Shown here piece by piece: positions 36,801 through 46,588 of a stretch of 64,000 nt of DNA (its first letter is position 1; every line of letters begins with the position of its first letter). Source of the stretch: an uncultured Chloroflexia bacterium. Lineage in GTDB: Bacteria; Chloroflexota; Limnocylindria; Limnocylindrales; CSP1-4. Made by a program: the position numbers and the translations under genes. The stretch is taken from assembly GCA_963748625.1 (NCBI GenBank), contig CAVVJT010000010.1, forward strand, positions 1,056,001 to 1,120,000. Reading direction: 5' to 3'. Below the pieces are notes generated by a model. It did no database searches and had not been told where the DNA came from. It saw only the letters and a program-made list of their open reading frames with translations.

Positions 36801-37781
36801 TCAGTCCCGCCCGCGCTCCCGCCACAGGTTGCGCAGGATGAACGACACGTTCGCCGGGCGCTCCGCGAGGCGGCGCATGAAGTACGGGTACCACTGCTGC
36901 CCGAAGGGCACGTAGGTGCGCACCCGGTAGCCGGCCCCCACCAGCTGCTCCTGGATGTCGCGGCGGATGCCGAACAGCATCTGGAACTCGAAGCTGTCGC
37001 GGGCGATGCCCTCGGCCTTGGCGACCTGGACCGCGCGCTGGATGAGCTTCACGTCGTGGGTGGCGAGACCCGGGTAGTTGCCCTCGCGCATGAGCTTGAG
37101 CATCAGGCGCTCGTAGGCCGCGTCCACGTCGGCCTTGTCCTGGTAGGCGGCGGACGCCGGCTCCTTGTAGGCGCCCTTGCACAGGCGAACCCGGCCGCGC
37201 TCGGCGATGACCTGCTCGACATCGACCTCGGCGCGCTTGATGGCTGCCTGGAGCACGATGCCCACGTCGCCCTTGTCGAGATCGCCCGCGCCTGCAGGCC
37301 GGATGGCCCGCCACACCTCGAGCGTGTCATCGATGGTCGTGTGGTCCTCCATGTCGATGCGGAGGAAGCCGTCGAGCTCGACCACCTTTGCGACGATCCC
37401 GCCGATCGTCTCCTTCGCCAGGTCCTTGGAGATCCCGAGGCCCATCTGTGTGGGCTTGAGCGAGACGTTCCGGTCGAGCCCCACCGCCGCAAGGGCGTCG
37501 AGCACGATCGGATAGCGGGCTGCCGCGGCGCGCGCATCCTCCTCGTGGCTCACCGACTCGCCCAGGATGTCGACCGTGGTGCCCATCCCCTGCTCGTGCA
37601 GGGCCGTGATGGCGGGCAGCGCCTCCTCGAAGCTCTCGCCGGAGATGAACCGCCGGACCATCGGGCGTGTCACCGGCACCCTGGTCGCGAGATCGCCCAA
37701 GGACTTGCGATGGGACAGCGTGAGGAGCGTGGAGCGCATCGCGCGCTCGGCGACATCGCTCACGGCGGAGTTGACGGGCAT
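36801..37781 (-). CDS. Monofunctional proline dehydrogenase
   Basis: RIDMED, RLCKGAY, ATHD, FQMLFG and YFMRRLAERPAN motifs. Confidence 0.93.
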   Translation of the reverse strand: MPVNSAVSDVAERAMRSTLLTLSHRKSLGDLATRVPVTRPMVRRFISGESFEEALPAITALHEQGMGTTVDILGESVSHEEDARAAAARYPIVLDALAAVGLDRNVSLKPTQMGLGISKDLAKETIGGIVAKVVELDGFLRIDMEDHTTIDDTLEVWRAIRPAGAGDLDKGDVGIVLQAAIKRAEVDVEQVIAERGRVRLCKGAYKEPASAAYQDKADVDAAYERLMLKLMREGNYPGLATHDVKLIQRAVQVAKAEGIARDSFEFQMLFGIRRDIQEQLVGAGYRVRTYVPFGQQWYPYFMRRLAERPANVSFILRNLWRERGRD

Positions 37782-37799
37782 GGGTGCCTCAGTGGCTGG

Positions 37800-38478
37800 T
37801 CAGGGCTTGGTGGCGGGCGGCGCGCCATAGGTGGCGTCCAGCTCGGCGATGAGCGGCTTCTCGTCACGCCGGGTGAGGAACGAGAACATGAGGTGGCCGG
37901 CGATCGCCAGCGTCCAGACAAGCTGGACCGGCAGCAGGAGCGTCGAGATGGGCGCCGGTCCGGCCTGGCTCGCGCCGACGAGGTTGATCGTCGCCCAGCA
38001 CCCCGGCCAGCCACAGGAGGGCAGCGCCCGCGGCGTAGCCGAAGGTCATCGCCGACATCATGCCCAGCGGGTTGCCCATGGAGATCCCGGCGACCTTGGG
38101 GGCATCGGGCGGGTAGAAGTAGGCGGCCTCGAGGCGGTGGGCGACCAGCACGTCGCGGCCCAGGCGCTGGTTGATCGCGCGCTCGAGGTACTCGGCGTGG
38201 CGCCGCGCGAAGACCGTGTAGAAGAACAGGTATCCGGTCTCCAGGAACGCGAACGGCACCAGGAACGGCACCGCGATCACCACCGACGGGAAGATCCCGG
38301 AGCCGCCGATCACGAGCAGGGCCAGCACGATCAGCAGGTAGGTCCTGATCCGCTCGAAGAAGCGCTCGGAATACCCGAACAGCATGCCGCGCATGCGCGC
38401 GAGCTGGTCCTCGAGGATGCGGAGGTCGTCGGTGGTGGGCGCCGCGGGACGGCCGGCGCCGGCCGGAATCGTGTCCAT
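37800..38478 (-). CDS. Hypothetical membrane protein, frameshift near 37995
   Basis: TM segments continue in a second frame to ...YGAPPATKP*; TATCCT 7 nt upstream. Confidence 0.7.
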
Positions 38479-38609
38479 CGGCGCGAGGATAGCGCCCGCT
38501 GGTCGGCGCGGATGGGTGCACGGTCCCCTAGTTGGCGGGTCCGTCGGTCACGTCCGCGACGGGACTCCCGGCAGTCCACGTGCCAGGCGCTGCCGTCGGG
38601 ACAGTCGCG

Positions 38610-39479
38610 TCAGTCCCCGGCCGCGTCCTTGGCGGGGGCCTTCACGAGCTCTGCATCCATCTGGTCGCCCAGCTCGACGGTGCGCCGGTAGGCTGCCCAG
38701 ACGGCCTCGGAGAGGACGGTGCGCAAGCGGCCCGACTCCAGCTCATGAAGGGCGGCGGCGCTCGTGCCGGCCGGTGACGTCACCGCGTTGCGCAGGACCG
38801 CCGGGTGGTCGCCCGAGTGCTTCGCAAAGCTGGTCGAACCCTCCAGCGTCTCGATCACGAGGTCGTGGGCGATGTGGCGCGGGAAGCCCAGGTGGACGGC
38901 CGCGTCGATCAGGGCCTCCATCACGAGGAAGACGTACGCGGGGCCGGTGCCGGACACGGCCGTGGCCATCGCGACGAACTTCTCGTCGTCCACCTCGAGC
39001 TCCGCGCCGAGCACCCCGAGGAATGCCTTCGCCTGGGCGCGCTGCTCGGCGGTGCAGGCCGGGGTTGCGTACCACACGGTCATGCCCTTGCCAATGCGGG
39101 CGGGCGTGTTGGGCATCGCCCGCACGACCTGCGGGTGGTCCAGCGTGGCCACCAGGGCGTTGGTGGTGGGACCCGCAAGCACGGACAGGACGACCTGGCC
39201 CGCGCGCAGCTTCGGCCCGATCTCCTTGCCGACCTTCGCGAGCATCTGCGGCTTGACCGCGAGCAGGATGACGTCGGCGCCCTCGATCGCGTCGGTGTTC
39301 GACGCGACCACGCGGATGCCGAGCCCGGCCTCGAGCGCGGCGCGGCGCTCTGCGCGTGGATGGCTCGCGACCACCTGGTCCGGGGTGACAAGGCCGCTGC
39401 GCAGCAGGCCCGCGAGCATGGCCTCGGCCATGACGCCGGATCCGACGCAGGCGATGGAGCGACTGGCGAGGGGTGACAT
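38610..39479 (-). CDS. proC: Pyrroline-5-carboxylate reductase
   Basis: GSGVMA, LAVKPQ, RAMPNTP, SGTGPAY and VTSPAGT motifs. Confidence 0.94.
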   Translation of the reverse strand: MSPLASRSIACVGSGVMAEAMLAGLLRSGLVTPDQVVASHPRAERRAALEAGLGIRVVASNTDAIEGADVILLAVKPQMLAKVGKEIGPKLRAGQVVLSVLAGPTTNALVATLDHPQVVRAMPNTPARIGKGMTVWYATPACTAEQRAQAKAFLGVLGAELEVDDEKFVAMATAVSGTGPAYVFLVMEALIDAAVHLGFPRHIAHDLVIETLEGSTSFAKHSGDHPAVLRNAVTSPAGTSAAALHELESGRLRTVLSEAVWAAYRRTVELGDQMDAELVKAPAKDAAGD

Positions 39480-39512
39480 GGCCCCGGAGGATACACCCGG
39501 CGAGGCGTGCCT

Positions 39513-39598
39513 CAGCGTGCGCGGCCCAGCGTGCGAGGGTCTCGGCGTGCGCGGCCCAGCGTGCGCGGCCCAGCGTGCGACGGTCTCAGCGTGCGACG
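39513..39598. repeat. Degenerate tandem repeat CAGCGTGCG(CGGCC/AGGGTCT)
   Basis: About six imperfect units. Confidence 0.75.
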
Positions 39599-40440
39599 GC
39601 CGACGCGACGATGAAGAAGCGGCCGGTGGTGCCCAACGTGACCTCCGCGAAGCCGCCCCGCACCATGGCCACCTCCAGGATCTCCGGAGGGTGGTAGCTC
39701 CAGGTCGTGCCCGCAGGCGGTCCGCCCGCGATATCGGCGCGCAGGTCGATGACTGCGAGGCGTCCGCCGTCAGCGAGCCGGTCACGGAGGAGCTGGGTGG
39801 CGGTGTCGAGGCCGGCGCCCCGCACGCGGCCCAGCAGGAATGCCGCCACGAGGGCATTGGCGCGGGGCGCGTCGGGCGCCGTTCGCGCCCAAGGGTCGCG
39901 CGGGTGGAGGTGGGCCCGGAGCCGATGGGCGAGCAGCCGGTCGCGGGCGATGTCCAGGGCGGCGGCGTCGGGATCGGATGCGTGCAGCTCGCCCTTCTCG
40001 GCGAGCAGCGGCGAGAAGAAGCCGACCCCTGCGGCAGGCTCTGCGATCACGCCCCCGAGCGGCTGGGCATCGAGCCAGCGGGTGACCATGTCGAGCTCGG
40101 CGTGCCAGGCCGCATCGTGGATGGCGCCCTTCTCGAACGACCCGCGGCGGAGGAACCAGTCGTCGGGGAAGGCGGATGCCGTCCCCGCAGCCGGTTGCCG
40201 GGGCGGGCGGGGTGTCGTCGGCGGGGGCAGCTGCGCCGAGGCGGGCGCCGCCTCGTGGACGGCCCGGCCGACGCCACGGGCATCGAGCCCGGCCCGCAGG
40301 CGGCCACGCAGGAAGGGGTTCGTGCCCGCCAGACCCAGGCACTCCGGGCACAGGTGCGCCCAGCCCTCGAGATCGTCGGGCCCGCGGGTCCGCCAGTCCG
40401 TGCCGCACCAGAGGCAGGCGAATGTCGCCCGGTAGGCCAC
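39586..40440 (-). CDS. Zinc-ribbon + class I SAM-methyltransferase-like protein
   Basis: CLWC..CPEC; IAEPAAGVGFF motif I variant. Confidence 0.7.
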   Translation of the reverse strand: MAYRATFACLWCGTDWRTRGPDDLEGWAHLCPECLGLAGTNPFLRGRLRAGLDARGVGRAVHEAAPASAQLPPPTTPRPPRQPAAGTASAFPDDWFLRRGSFEKGAIHDAAWHAELDMVTRWLDAQPLGGVIAEPAAGVGFFSPLLAEKGELHASDPDAAALDIARDRLLAHRLRAHLHPRDPWARTAPDAPRANALVAAFLLGRVRGAGLDTATQLLRDRLADGGRLAVIDLRADIAGGPPAGTTWSYHPPEILEVAMVRGGFAEVTLGTTGRFFIVASAVAR

Positions 40441-40441
40441 C

Positions 40442-41284
40442 CTAGGGCACCCGTGCCCAGGACGCGGGCGGCGCCATGCCGTCGCAGGCCACCGGATCCA
40501 CGATCTCCGCCAGGGTCTCGATCCCATCGACGATGCGCGGACCGAGGCGGCTGAACAGCTCCGCATCGACGGCGAACACGCGTCCCTCCCGCACCGCTCG
40601 CAGCGCGTGCCAGCCCGCGGGCTTCGGGGTCACCGACCATAGCGAGACCGCCTCATCGAGCGTGAGGTCCTCCGGCAACAGCACGATCGCGTCCGGGTCC
40701 ATCTCGGCGACCGACGCCCAAGCGACGCGGGCCGACGCGGCACCTTCGCGTCCCAGGAGATCCCAGCCGCCGGCGAGCCGGACCTGGTCCGGGATCCATC
40801 GCCCCACCGACCGCGGGGGATCAAGGCCTTCGAGGAGGGCGAGGCGCGGCGGCGGAAAGCCGCCGTCGCGTCGGGCGATGACGATCTCCTCGACAGCCTT
40901 GAGCCGCTCGCGCAGCTCCTCGACGAGGTCCAGCGCGTCGTCCTCGGCCTCCGTCATCGCGCCGACCGTCGAGATGGCGTTGAGCACACCCTCGACCGAC
41001 GTCGGCGCGAGCTCGAGGATCTCGGCGTCCAGCCCGGCTTCGTCGAGCAGCGCGCGCAGGGACCGCGGATCCGGGCAGGAATCCTCGGCCGCGCCAGTGA
41101 TCACCAGGTCGGGATCGGCCTCGCGCAGGCGGTCCGAGGCGATGCCGTGGGGGCCGGTGACACGCGGGACATCGAGCGCATCGGGCGGGAAGTCGCACCG
41201 GTGGGACACGCCGACCATCTCGTCGCCCAGCCCGAGGGCGAACACGATCTCGGTGGCAGCAGGGAAGAGCGAGACGATACGCAC
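40442..41284 (-). CDS. BtuF/TroA-like substrate-binding protein without signal peptide
   Basis: MRIVSLFPAATEIVFALG..VSHRCDFP..FSRLGPRIVDG. Confidence 0.85.
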   Translation of the reverse strand: MRIVSLFPAATEIVFALGLGDEMVGVSHRCDFPPDALDVPRVTGPHGIASDRLREADPDLVITGAAEDSCPDPRSLRALLDEAGLDAEILELAPTSVEGVLNAISTVGAMTEAEDDALDLVEELRERLKAVEEIVIARRDGGFPPPRLALLEGLDPPRSVGRWIPDQVRLAGGWDLLGREGAASARVAWASVAEMDPDAIVLLPEDLTLDEAVSLWSVTPKPAGWHALRAVREGRVFAVDAELFSRLGPRIVDGIETLAEIVDPVACDGMAPPASWARVP

Positions 41285-41409
41285 CCCGCCAGTCTACGGG
41301 TCGTGCCGCCGAGCACCGGTCGCACCGGGAATCGAAACGGCCCCGCTGGCGCGGGGCCGCACGGAGCGTGTTGGGGGCGGGTCACCCGCCCCGGGACGCG
41401 AGGCCTTGC

Positions 41410-41697
41410 TCAGGCCGGCTTGAGAACCTCGAGGGCGGCGCGGGCCCCTGCCTTGTCGCCGAACCACTGCGCGTTGATCGGCGAGTAGCCCGCCCACTCG
41501 GCCGGGACGCTCTCCTCGGGGAAGATGGCGTTCACCGGGCACTCGGGCTCGCAAGCGCCGCAGTCGATGCACTCATTGGGATCGATGTAGAGCATCCGGT
41601 CCGTGCCCTCGTCCTGGTGGATGCAGTCCACCGGACACACGGACACGCACGCCGTGTCCATCACATCGACGCAAGGCTCGGCGATGACGTACGTCAT
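41410..41697 (-). CDS. fdxA: 7Fe-type ferredoxin
   Basis: MTYVIAEPC..CVSVCPVDCI..CIDCGACEPECP. Confidence 0.93.
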   Translation of the reverse strand: MTYVIAEPCVDVMDTACVSVCPVDCIHQDEGTDRMLYIDPNECIDCGACEPECPVNAIFPEESVPAEWAGYSPINAQWFGDKAGARAALEVLKPA

Positions 41698-41879
41698 GTT
41701 GGGAAGCTCTCCTGAGTGTGGTTGCGCGTCCTCGGGCGCACGGGCGACCCATGCACCACGGGGAACCTTACCACCGGCCGGGCACGCTCCGGTGGACCGA
41801 AGGGCACGTCAAGCGGTGGCGGATGGTCCCGTCCCACAGGCGGACCGGACGGTGGCTCGCCCAAGGTGCGCGTGTGCGG

Positions 41880-41965
41880 CGTGGTCCGTGCGCTCCGGTC
41901 CGTGCGTGGTCGTCCGTGGCGTGGTCGTCCGTGCGCTCCGGTCCATGCGTGGTGGTCCGTGCGCG
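41880..41965. repeat. Imperfect tandem repeat CGTGGTCCGTGCGCTCCGGTCC
   Basis: Two full copies plus partial copies. Confidence 0.6.
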
Positions 41966-42193
41966 GCGTGGCGCGTACATCCGCCCGCCGGGCGGGCACT
42001 GTGCGCGGAATCCTGCGCAGGCTGACCGCCCCGCGGCAGGAATGGGCCGTCCAGGGCCAGTTCATGCGACTCCTGCCCGGAACGCGGCAAGACTGCGCAG
42101 TTCTCTGCACGCAAGGCCCGCTGGGCGGGAGGCGGCGATGGCGCGCACTCCCGTTCGGGAGGCGACGGCTCCGACGGCGGAGCGACCGGGCCG

Positions 42194-42793
42194 TCAGGGC
42201 GTGATGGCGGACGCTGAAGGCGACGCAGACGCAGCGGGCTTGGGGATCGGGTTGCCGGCCTCGTCCACAAACCGGACCGGGACCACCATGCCCTTCGCCC
42301 AGTGACCCGGAATGTGGCACCCCACGAACCACCCCGTCGGATCCGACGCGGCATCCGCCGGAACCGTCCAGGTCACGTCGAGCAGCTCTCCGGAACCCGC
42401 GACCACCCGTACGCCGTCGAAACCCGTGGGGTCGGGCACGAAGGGCGTGGGTCCGGGCGGGGCGTCGATGGTCACGAGCTCCGCCTCCTCCCATGCGAGC
42501 TGGCTGTCCATGTCACCGAAGATCGCCTCGTGGATCACCAGGCCGCCGTTGATCACGTTGAGCTTGACCGTCTCGCCGGGAACCAGGTCCACCGTGAGGG
42601 GCACGTAGGCGTAGTCCCGCATGATCAGGTTGAGCTCGCGCGGGGCGCCGCTGGTCCCCGGCTCGATCGGCGGGGTCGGGGTGGCGCTGCCCGCACCGCA
42701 GCCGGCCACCACCAGGCCTGCGAGCACGACCAGGCCGGCAGGTCGCCAGGCGGTGGACCCGGGCAGGCGGCGGGGACGGGACACGATGTGCAT
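42194..42793 (-). CDS. Cupredoxin lipoprotein
   Basis: VAGC lipobox; IHE and CHIPGHWAKGM type-1 Cu ligands. Confidence 0.88.
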   Translation of the reverse strand: MHIVSRPRRLPGSTAWRPAGLVVLAGLVVAGCGAGSATPTPPIEPGTSGAPRELNLIMRDYAYVPLTVDLVPGETVKLNVINGGLVIHEAIFGDMDSQLAWEEAELVTIDAPPGPTPFVPDPTGFDGVRVVAGSGELLDVTWTVPADAASDPTGWFVGCHIPGHWAKGMVVPVRFVDEAGNPIPKPAASASPSASAITP

Positions 42794-42914
42794 CGCCCAA
42801 TGATGCGGGAGGTGCGCGGATCAGGCCGGCGGCGACCCCTGCTCGTCAGGTGAGGTGGCCCTCAGCAGGGGTTGAGCGGCCACCGGCGCGCATGCGGGCG
42901 CCCGCGCCGCTCGT

Positions 42915-43022
42915 TCAGTGCGGCCATCGCTTCGCTCCGTCGACCACCACGGCCAGCGCCGGCAGGGCCAGCATCATCCAGGCTGCGGCCGCCCCGAGGG
43001 CGCGCCGGTACCTCGTGCGCAT
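42915..43022 (-). CDS. Small hydrophobic peptide MRTRYRRALGAAAAWMMLALPALAVVVDGAKRWPH
   Basis: AAGGAG RBS; shares AxVxDGAKRW with 35167..35262. Confidence 0.7.
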   Translation of the reverse strand: MRTRYRRALGAAAAWMMLALPALAVVVDGAKRWPH

Positions 43023-43188
43023 TCGTCCGTCTCCTTGTGCCCGCTCGCGCGGGCGATCCGCCCCACCCGATCCCTTCCATGTGCGCCCGGACCGGTCGTG
43101 GGGAGATGCAGCATGAGAGGGGCGGCTTATGCGCGGCTTATGCAGCACACGCCGGTGCTGTGGACAGCGCCGGAGTACGATCCCGCCC

Positions 43189-43533
43189 ATGGACCAGCCG
43201 ACCCCTTCGCCCGATCCCCGGACCGCCCTCCTCGCCGAGCGGGAACACGTCCTGGCCGAGCTGGCCGAGAACGAGATCGAAGCGCCGGGCCAGATGACCT
43301 ACGGTTCGCAGGCCGCAGCCGCCTCCCACGTCTTCGAGCAGCAGCGCGACCTCGCGCTTCGCGACCACAACCGCGCCCACCTTGCCGACGTGGACGCAGC
43401 CCTCGCCCGGCTCGACGCCGGCACCTACGGCCGGTGCACCTCGTGCGGCAACGCGGTGGCACCCGAGCGCCTCGAGGCGCTGCCGTGGGCGGCCCTCTGC
43501 ATCGACTGCAAGAGCGCGAAGGGCCGCCGGTGA
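43189..43533 (+). CDS. TraR/DksA C4 zinc-finger protein
   Basis: GTYGRCTSCG..ERLEALPWAALCIDC; TACGAT 7 nt upstream. Confidence 0.9.
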   Translation: MDQPTPSPDPRTALLAEREHVLAELAENEIEAPGQMTYGSQAAAASHVFEQQRDLALRDHNRAHLADVDAALARLDAGTYGRCTSCGNAVAPERLEALPWAALCIDCKSAKGRR

Positions 43534-44571
43534 CCGAGCCCGGACCGGAACCCGCCGCGGCCGGACCCAACACCTTCCCCGAGACCCGCCTCGTCAGCAT
43601 CGACGACATCCGGGCCGCCGCCGCGATCCTGCGCGGCATCGCCCTGCGCACGCCGCTTGTCCCGTTCGGCCGCCCCGAGCGCCGGCAGTGGCTGAAGGCT
43701 GAATCGCTCCAGCCCATCGGCGCGTTCAAGCTGCGCGGCGCCTACCACGCAGCCGCCACGATGACGCCCGACGCGCGCGCCAACGGCCTCATCACCTACT
43801 CGTCGGGCAATCACGCCCAAGGCGTCGCCCGGGCCGCGCGCCTGCTGGGCGTTCCGGCTGTCATCGTCATGCCGTCGGACAGCCCCCGGCTCAAGCGCGA
43901 CCGGGTCGCCGAGGACGGAGCGGAGATCGTGATCGTGGGCACGGCGTCCGAGGAGCGCAAGCGCGTGGCGGAGGAGATCGCCGCCGCCCGCGGGCTCGCC
44001 ATCATTCCCCCCTACGACGACCCGCGGATCGTCGCGGGCCAGGGCACGTGCGGCCTGGAGATCGCCGAGGACATGCCCGATGTCGCCGCCGTCCTCGTCC
44101 CCATCGGTGGGGGCGGGCTGGCTGCCGGGGTGGCCGCCGCCATCACGGCGCTCGTGCCGGACGCGCGCCTGGTCGGCGTGGAGCCGGAGCTGGCCGCGGA
44201 TGCTCGCGAGAGCCTGGCGACCGGGCGGATCGTGCGCTGGGAGGCCGACCTCGTGAGCCGCACCATCGCCGACGGAACGCGGACACAGTCGATCGGTGTG
44301 CTGAACTTCGCCCACCTGTCCCGCCAGCTCGACGCGGTGGTGACCGTGTCCGAGGAGGAGATCGCGGCAGCCGTGCGGCTCGCGGCGGAGGAGGCGCGGC
44401 TGGTCGTCGAGCCATCGGGCGCACTCACGGCAGCGGCAATGCGGTTCCGGGCGGCCGAGGCGGGGCTGGACGGGCTCGAACGGGCCGATCGTGGGCGTGG
44501 TCTCGGGCGGGAACGTCGATCCGGACGCGTACCTCCGGTATCTCGAGGCGCCGATCCCGGCCGAGCGGTAG
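43530..44571 (+). CDS. Serine/threonine dehydratase (serine racemase-like), frameshift near 44480
   Basis: GAFKLRG, SSGNHAQG, PIGGGGL; VVSGGNVD lies in the shifted frame. Confidence 0.88.
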
Positions 44572-44613
44572 GCCGCGGCGCGCCAGGACCACGGCACCAC
44601 GCGTGGTCCATAC

Positions 44614-44743
44614 GTCAACGAAACCCCGCAAACGCGCCCCGGTTCGGCCCTCCAACCCGCCAGTTCTGCGCTTCCGTTGACTGCAGGTCCGCAGTTGCCC
44701 TGTTCGGGACGCTGGGCACCGCCTGAGGCGGGACTTCGTTGAC
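44614..44743. mobile_element. MITE/REP-like element with imperfect 16-bp terminal inverted repeats
   Basis: GTCAACGAAACCCCGC ... GCGGGACTTCGTTGAC (14/16 match). Confidence 0.45.
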
Positions 44744-44762
44744 CTGGAGTCCGCGACCCGAG

Positions 44763-44888
44763 CGTCGGGCCGGTCCCGGGCGTCGGGCCGGTCCCGGGCG
44801 TCGGGCCGGTCCCGGGCGTCGGGCCGGTCCCGGGCGTCGGGCCGGTCCCGGGCGTCGGGCCGGTCCCGGGCGTCGGGCCGGTCCCGGG
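44763..44888. repeat. 18-bp tandem repeat CGTCGGGCCGGTCCCGGG x7
   Basis: Direct reading. Confidence 0.95.
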
Positions 44889-44912
44889 CGGCCTGCGCAG
44901 TCGTGGACTACG

Positions 44913-45518
44913 ATGGCCACCTTCCACCGTCGCGGGCCCGGCACCCCGCTGCCCGATCCACCCGGAGACACCACCATCCGCGCCACCCGCTCCCGGTCCC
45001 GCCTCCCCACCCTCCTCGCCCTCCGCGCCGCCGTCGCCCTCCTCGCCGTCGCCACGCTCGTCGCCGCGTGCGGCACGGGCAGCGACGACCCAAGGGCCAA
45101 GATCGGTCAGCCGGCCCCTGCCATCACCGCCACCACGTTCGACGGCACGAAGGTCGACCTCGCCGACTACCGGGGCAGGCCCGTCATCGTCAACTTCTGG
45201 GCCTCGTGGTGCGTCCCCTGCCGCGAGGAGTTCCCGTTGCTCGCGGAGCGACTCGCGGAGCTTGGCGCCGCAGATGACCTCGCCATCCTGGGCGTGCTGT
45301 ACAAGGACGAGCCGGAGATGGCCCAGCGCTTCCTCGACGACTTCGGGGAGGCATGGCCGACCCTGGCCGACCCTGACGGCGTGATCGCGGATGCCTATCG
45401 CGTGGTCGCCCCGCCGCAGACCTACTTCATCGACAAGGACGGCATCCTCCAGGCGATCCAGATCGGGCAGATCGACGCCGAGGACTTCGAGACGCAGTAC
45501 GCCAAGATCAAGCCGTGA
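44913..45518 (+). CDS. TlpA/ResA-like thiol-disulfide oxidoreductase lipoprotein
   Basis: LVAAC lipobox; NFWASWCVPC; PQTYFID. Confidence 0.9.
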   Translation: MATFHRRGPGTPLPDPPGDTTIRATRSRSRLPTLLALRAAVALLAVATLVAACGTGSDDPRAKIGQPAPAITATTFDGTKVDLADYRGRPVIVNFWASWCVPCREEFPLLAERLAELGAADDLAILGVLYKDEPEMAQRFLDDFGEAWPTLADPDGVIADAYRVVAPPQTYFIDKDGILQAIQIGQIDAEDFETQYAKIKP

Positions 45519-46588
45519 CCCCCGCCGCGGCCGGTGCCGCCGCAGCTGGTGCGGGCCTGTTGGACAGCGGGACCGTCGCCATCGAAGTCGAGGGCCTGCG
45601 CAAGTCGTACGGCCGGCGCGAGATCCTGGCCGGCGTCTCCTTCCAGGTCCGCCGGGGCGAGCTGCTCGCCCTCCTCGGGCCCAACGGCGCGGGCAAGACG
45701 AGCACCGTCGAGATCATCGAGGGCTACCGCCGCGCGGATGCCGGCACCGTCCGCGTGCTCGGCCTGGACCCGGCGAGAGACGCCCGTACTCTCCACGCCA
45801 GGATCGGGTTCATGCTCCAGGAAGGGGGCGTGGACAACAAGATCTCGCCCCGGGAGGCGCTGCACCTCTACGCACGGTTCTACGCTGACCCCGAGGATCC
45901 CGAGGAGCTGCTCGAGCTGGTGGACCTCGGGCGCGCGGCCGACACCCGGTACCGACGGCTGTCCGGCGGGGAGAAGCAGCGGCTCGGCCTGGCGCTGGCA
46001 CTGCTCGGCCGCCCGGAGCTCCTGGTGCTCGACGAGCCGACTGCGGGCATGGACCCCGCGGCCAAGCAGGCAACCCGCGAGCGGATCGCCGCCCTGCGTG
46101 CCGCCGGCACGACGATCCTGCTCACCACCCACGAGCTGGGCGACGTCGAGCGCCTCGCCGACCGGGTGGCCGTCCTCGACCGGGGGCGCCTGGTCGCCTA
46201 CGGGTCACCCGCCGAGCTCACCGGCGCCGCCGCGCCACGGGTCCGTTTCCGCCTGTCGGCACCCCTCGCGCCCGATGACCTGACGGCCCTCCCAGCAGCG
46301 CTCGGCGTGCCGGATGCCGCCGTGGTCGAAGCCGGCGCCGGGGCCCACTACGAGCTCACCGGACTGCCCGGCGTCCCGGACCCGCGGCTGGTCGCCGCGC
46401 TGGCCGCATGGTGCGCGGACCAGGGACAGCTGCTCATGGAGCTGCGCCTCGGCGGGGCCAGCCTGGAGGAGCGGTACCTGGAGCTGGTCGGGGCCGATGT
46501 CGCCGGTGAGGCCGTCGGCACGACGGAGACCGGAGCCCCGCGACCGGCGGAGGCCGACATGTCCGGTGAAGCGGGCGGTGCTGCATGA
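45515..46588 (+). CDS. ABC exporter ATP-binding protein
   Basis: GPNGAGKT, LSGGEK, LDEPT motifs. Confidence 0.93.
   Translation: MTPAAAGAAAAGAGLLDSGTVAIEVEGLRKSYGRREILAGVSFQVRRGELLALLGPNGAGKTSTVEIIEGYRRADAGTVRVLGLDPARDARTLHARIGFMLQEGGVDNKISPREALHLYARFYADPEDPEELLELVDLGRAADTRYRRLSGGEKQRLGLALALLGRPELLVLDEPTAGMDPAAKQATRERIAALRAAGTTILLTTHELGDVERLADRVAVLDRGRLVAYGSPAELTGAAAPRVRFRLSAPLAPDDLTALPAALGVPDAAVVEAGAGAHYELTGLPGVPDPRLVAALAAWCADQGQLLMELRLGGASLEERYLELVGADVAGEAVGTTETGAPRPAEADMSGEAGGAA

Noticed and set aside
41284-41410. Cobalamin riboswitch upstream of the BtuF-like gene
   Set aside because: No B12-box consensus; the gene appears leaderless with TAGACT 6 nt upstream.
9400-44500. Frameshifts in the kinase (~9420), lysA (~12628, ~12456), 21894..22563, 37800..38478 and the dehydratase (~44480) as programmed frameshifting or pseudogenisation
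   Set aside because: All are small indels in otherwise intact genes, including lysA, with no shared slippery motif. Long-read or consensus error is the simplest explanation; this needs a read-level check.
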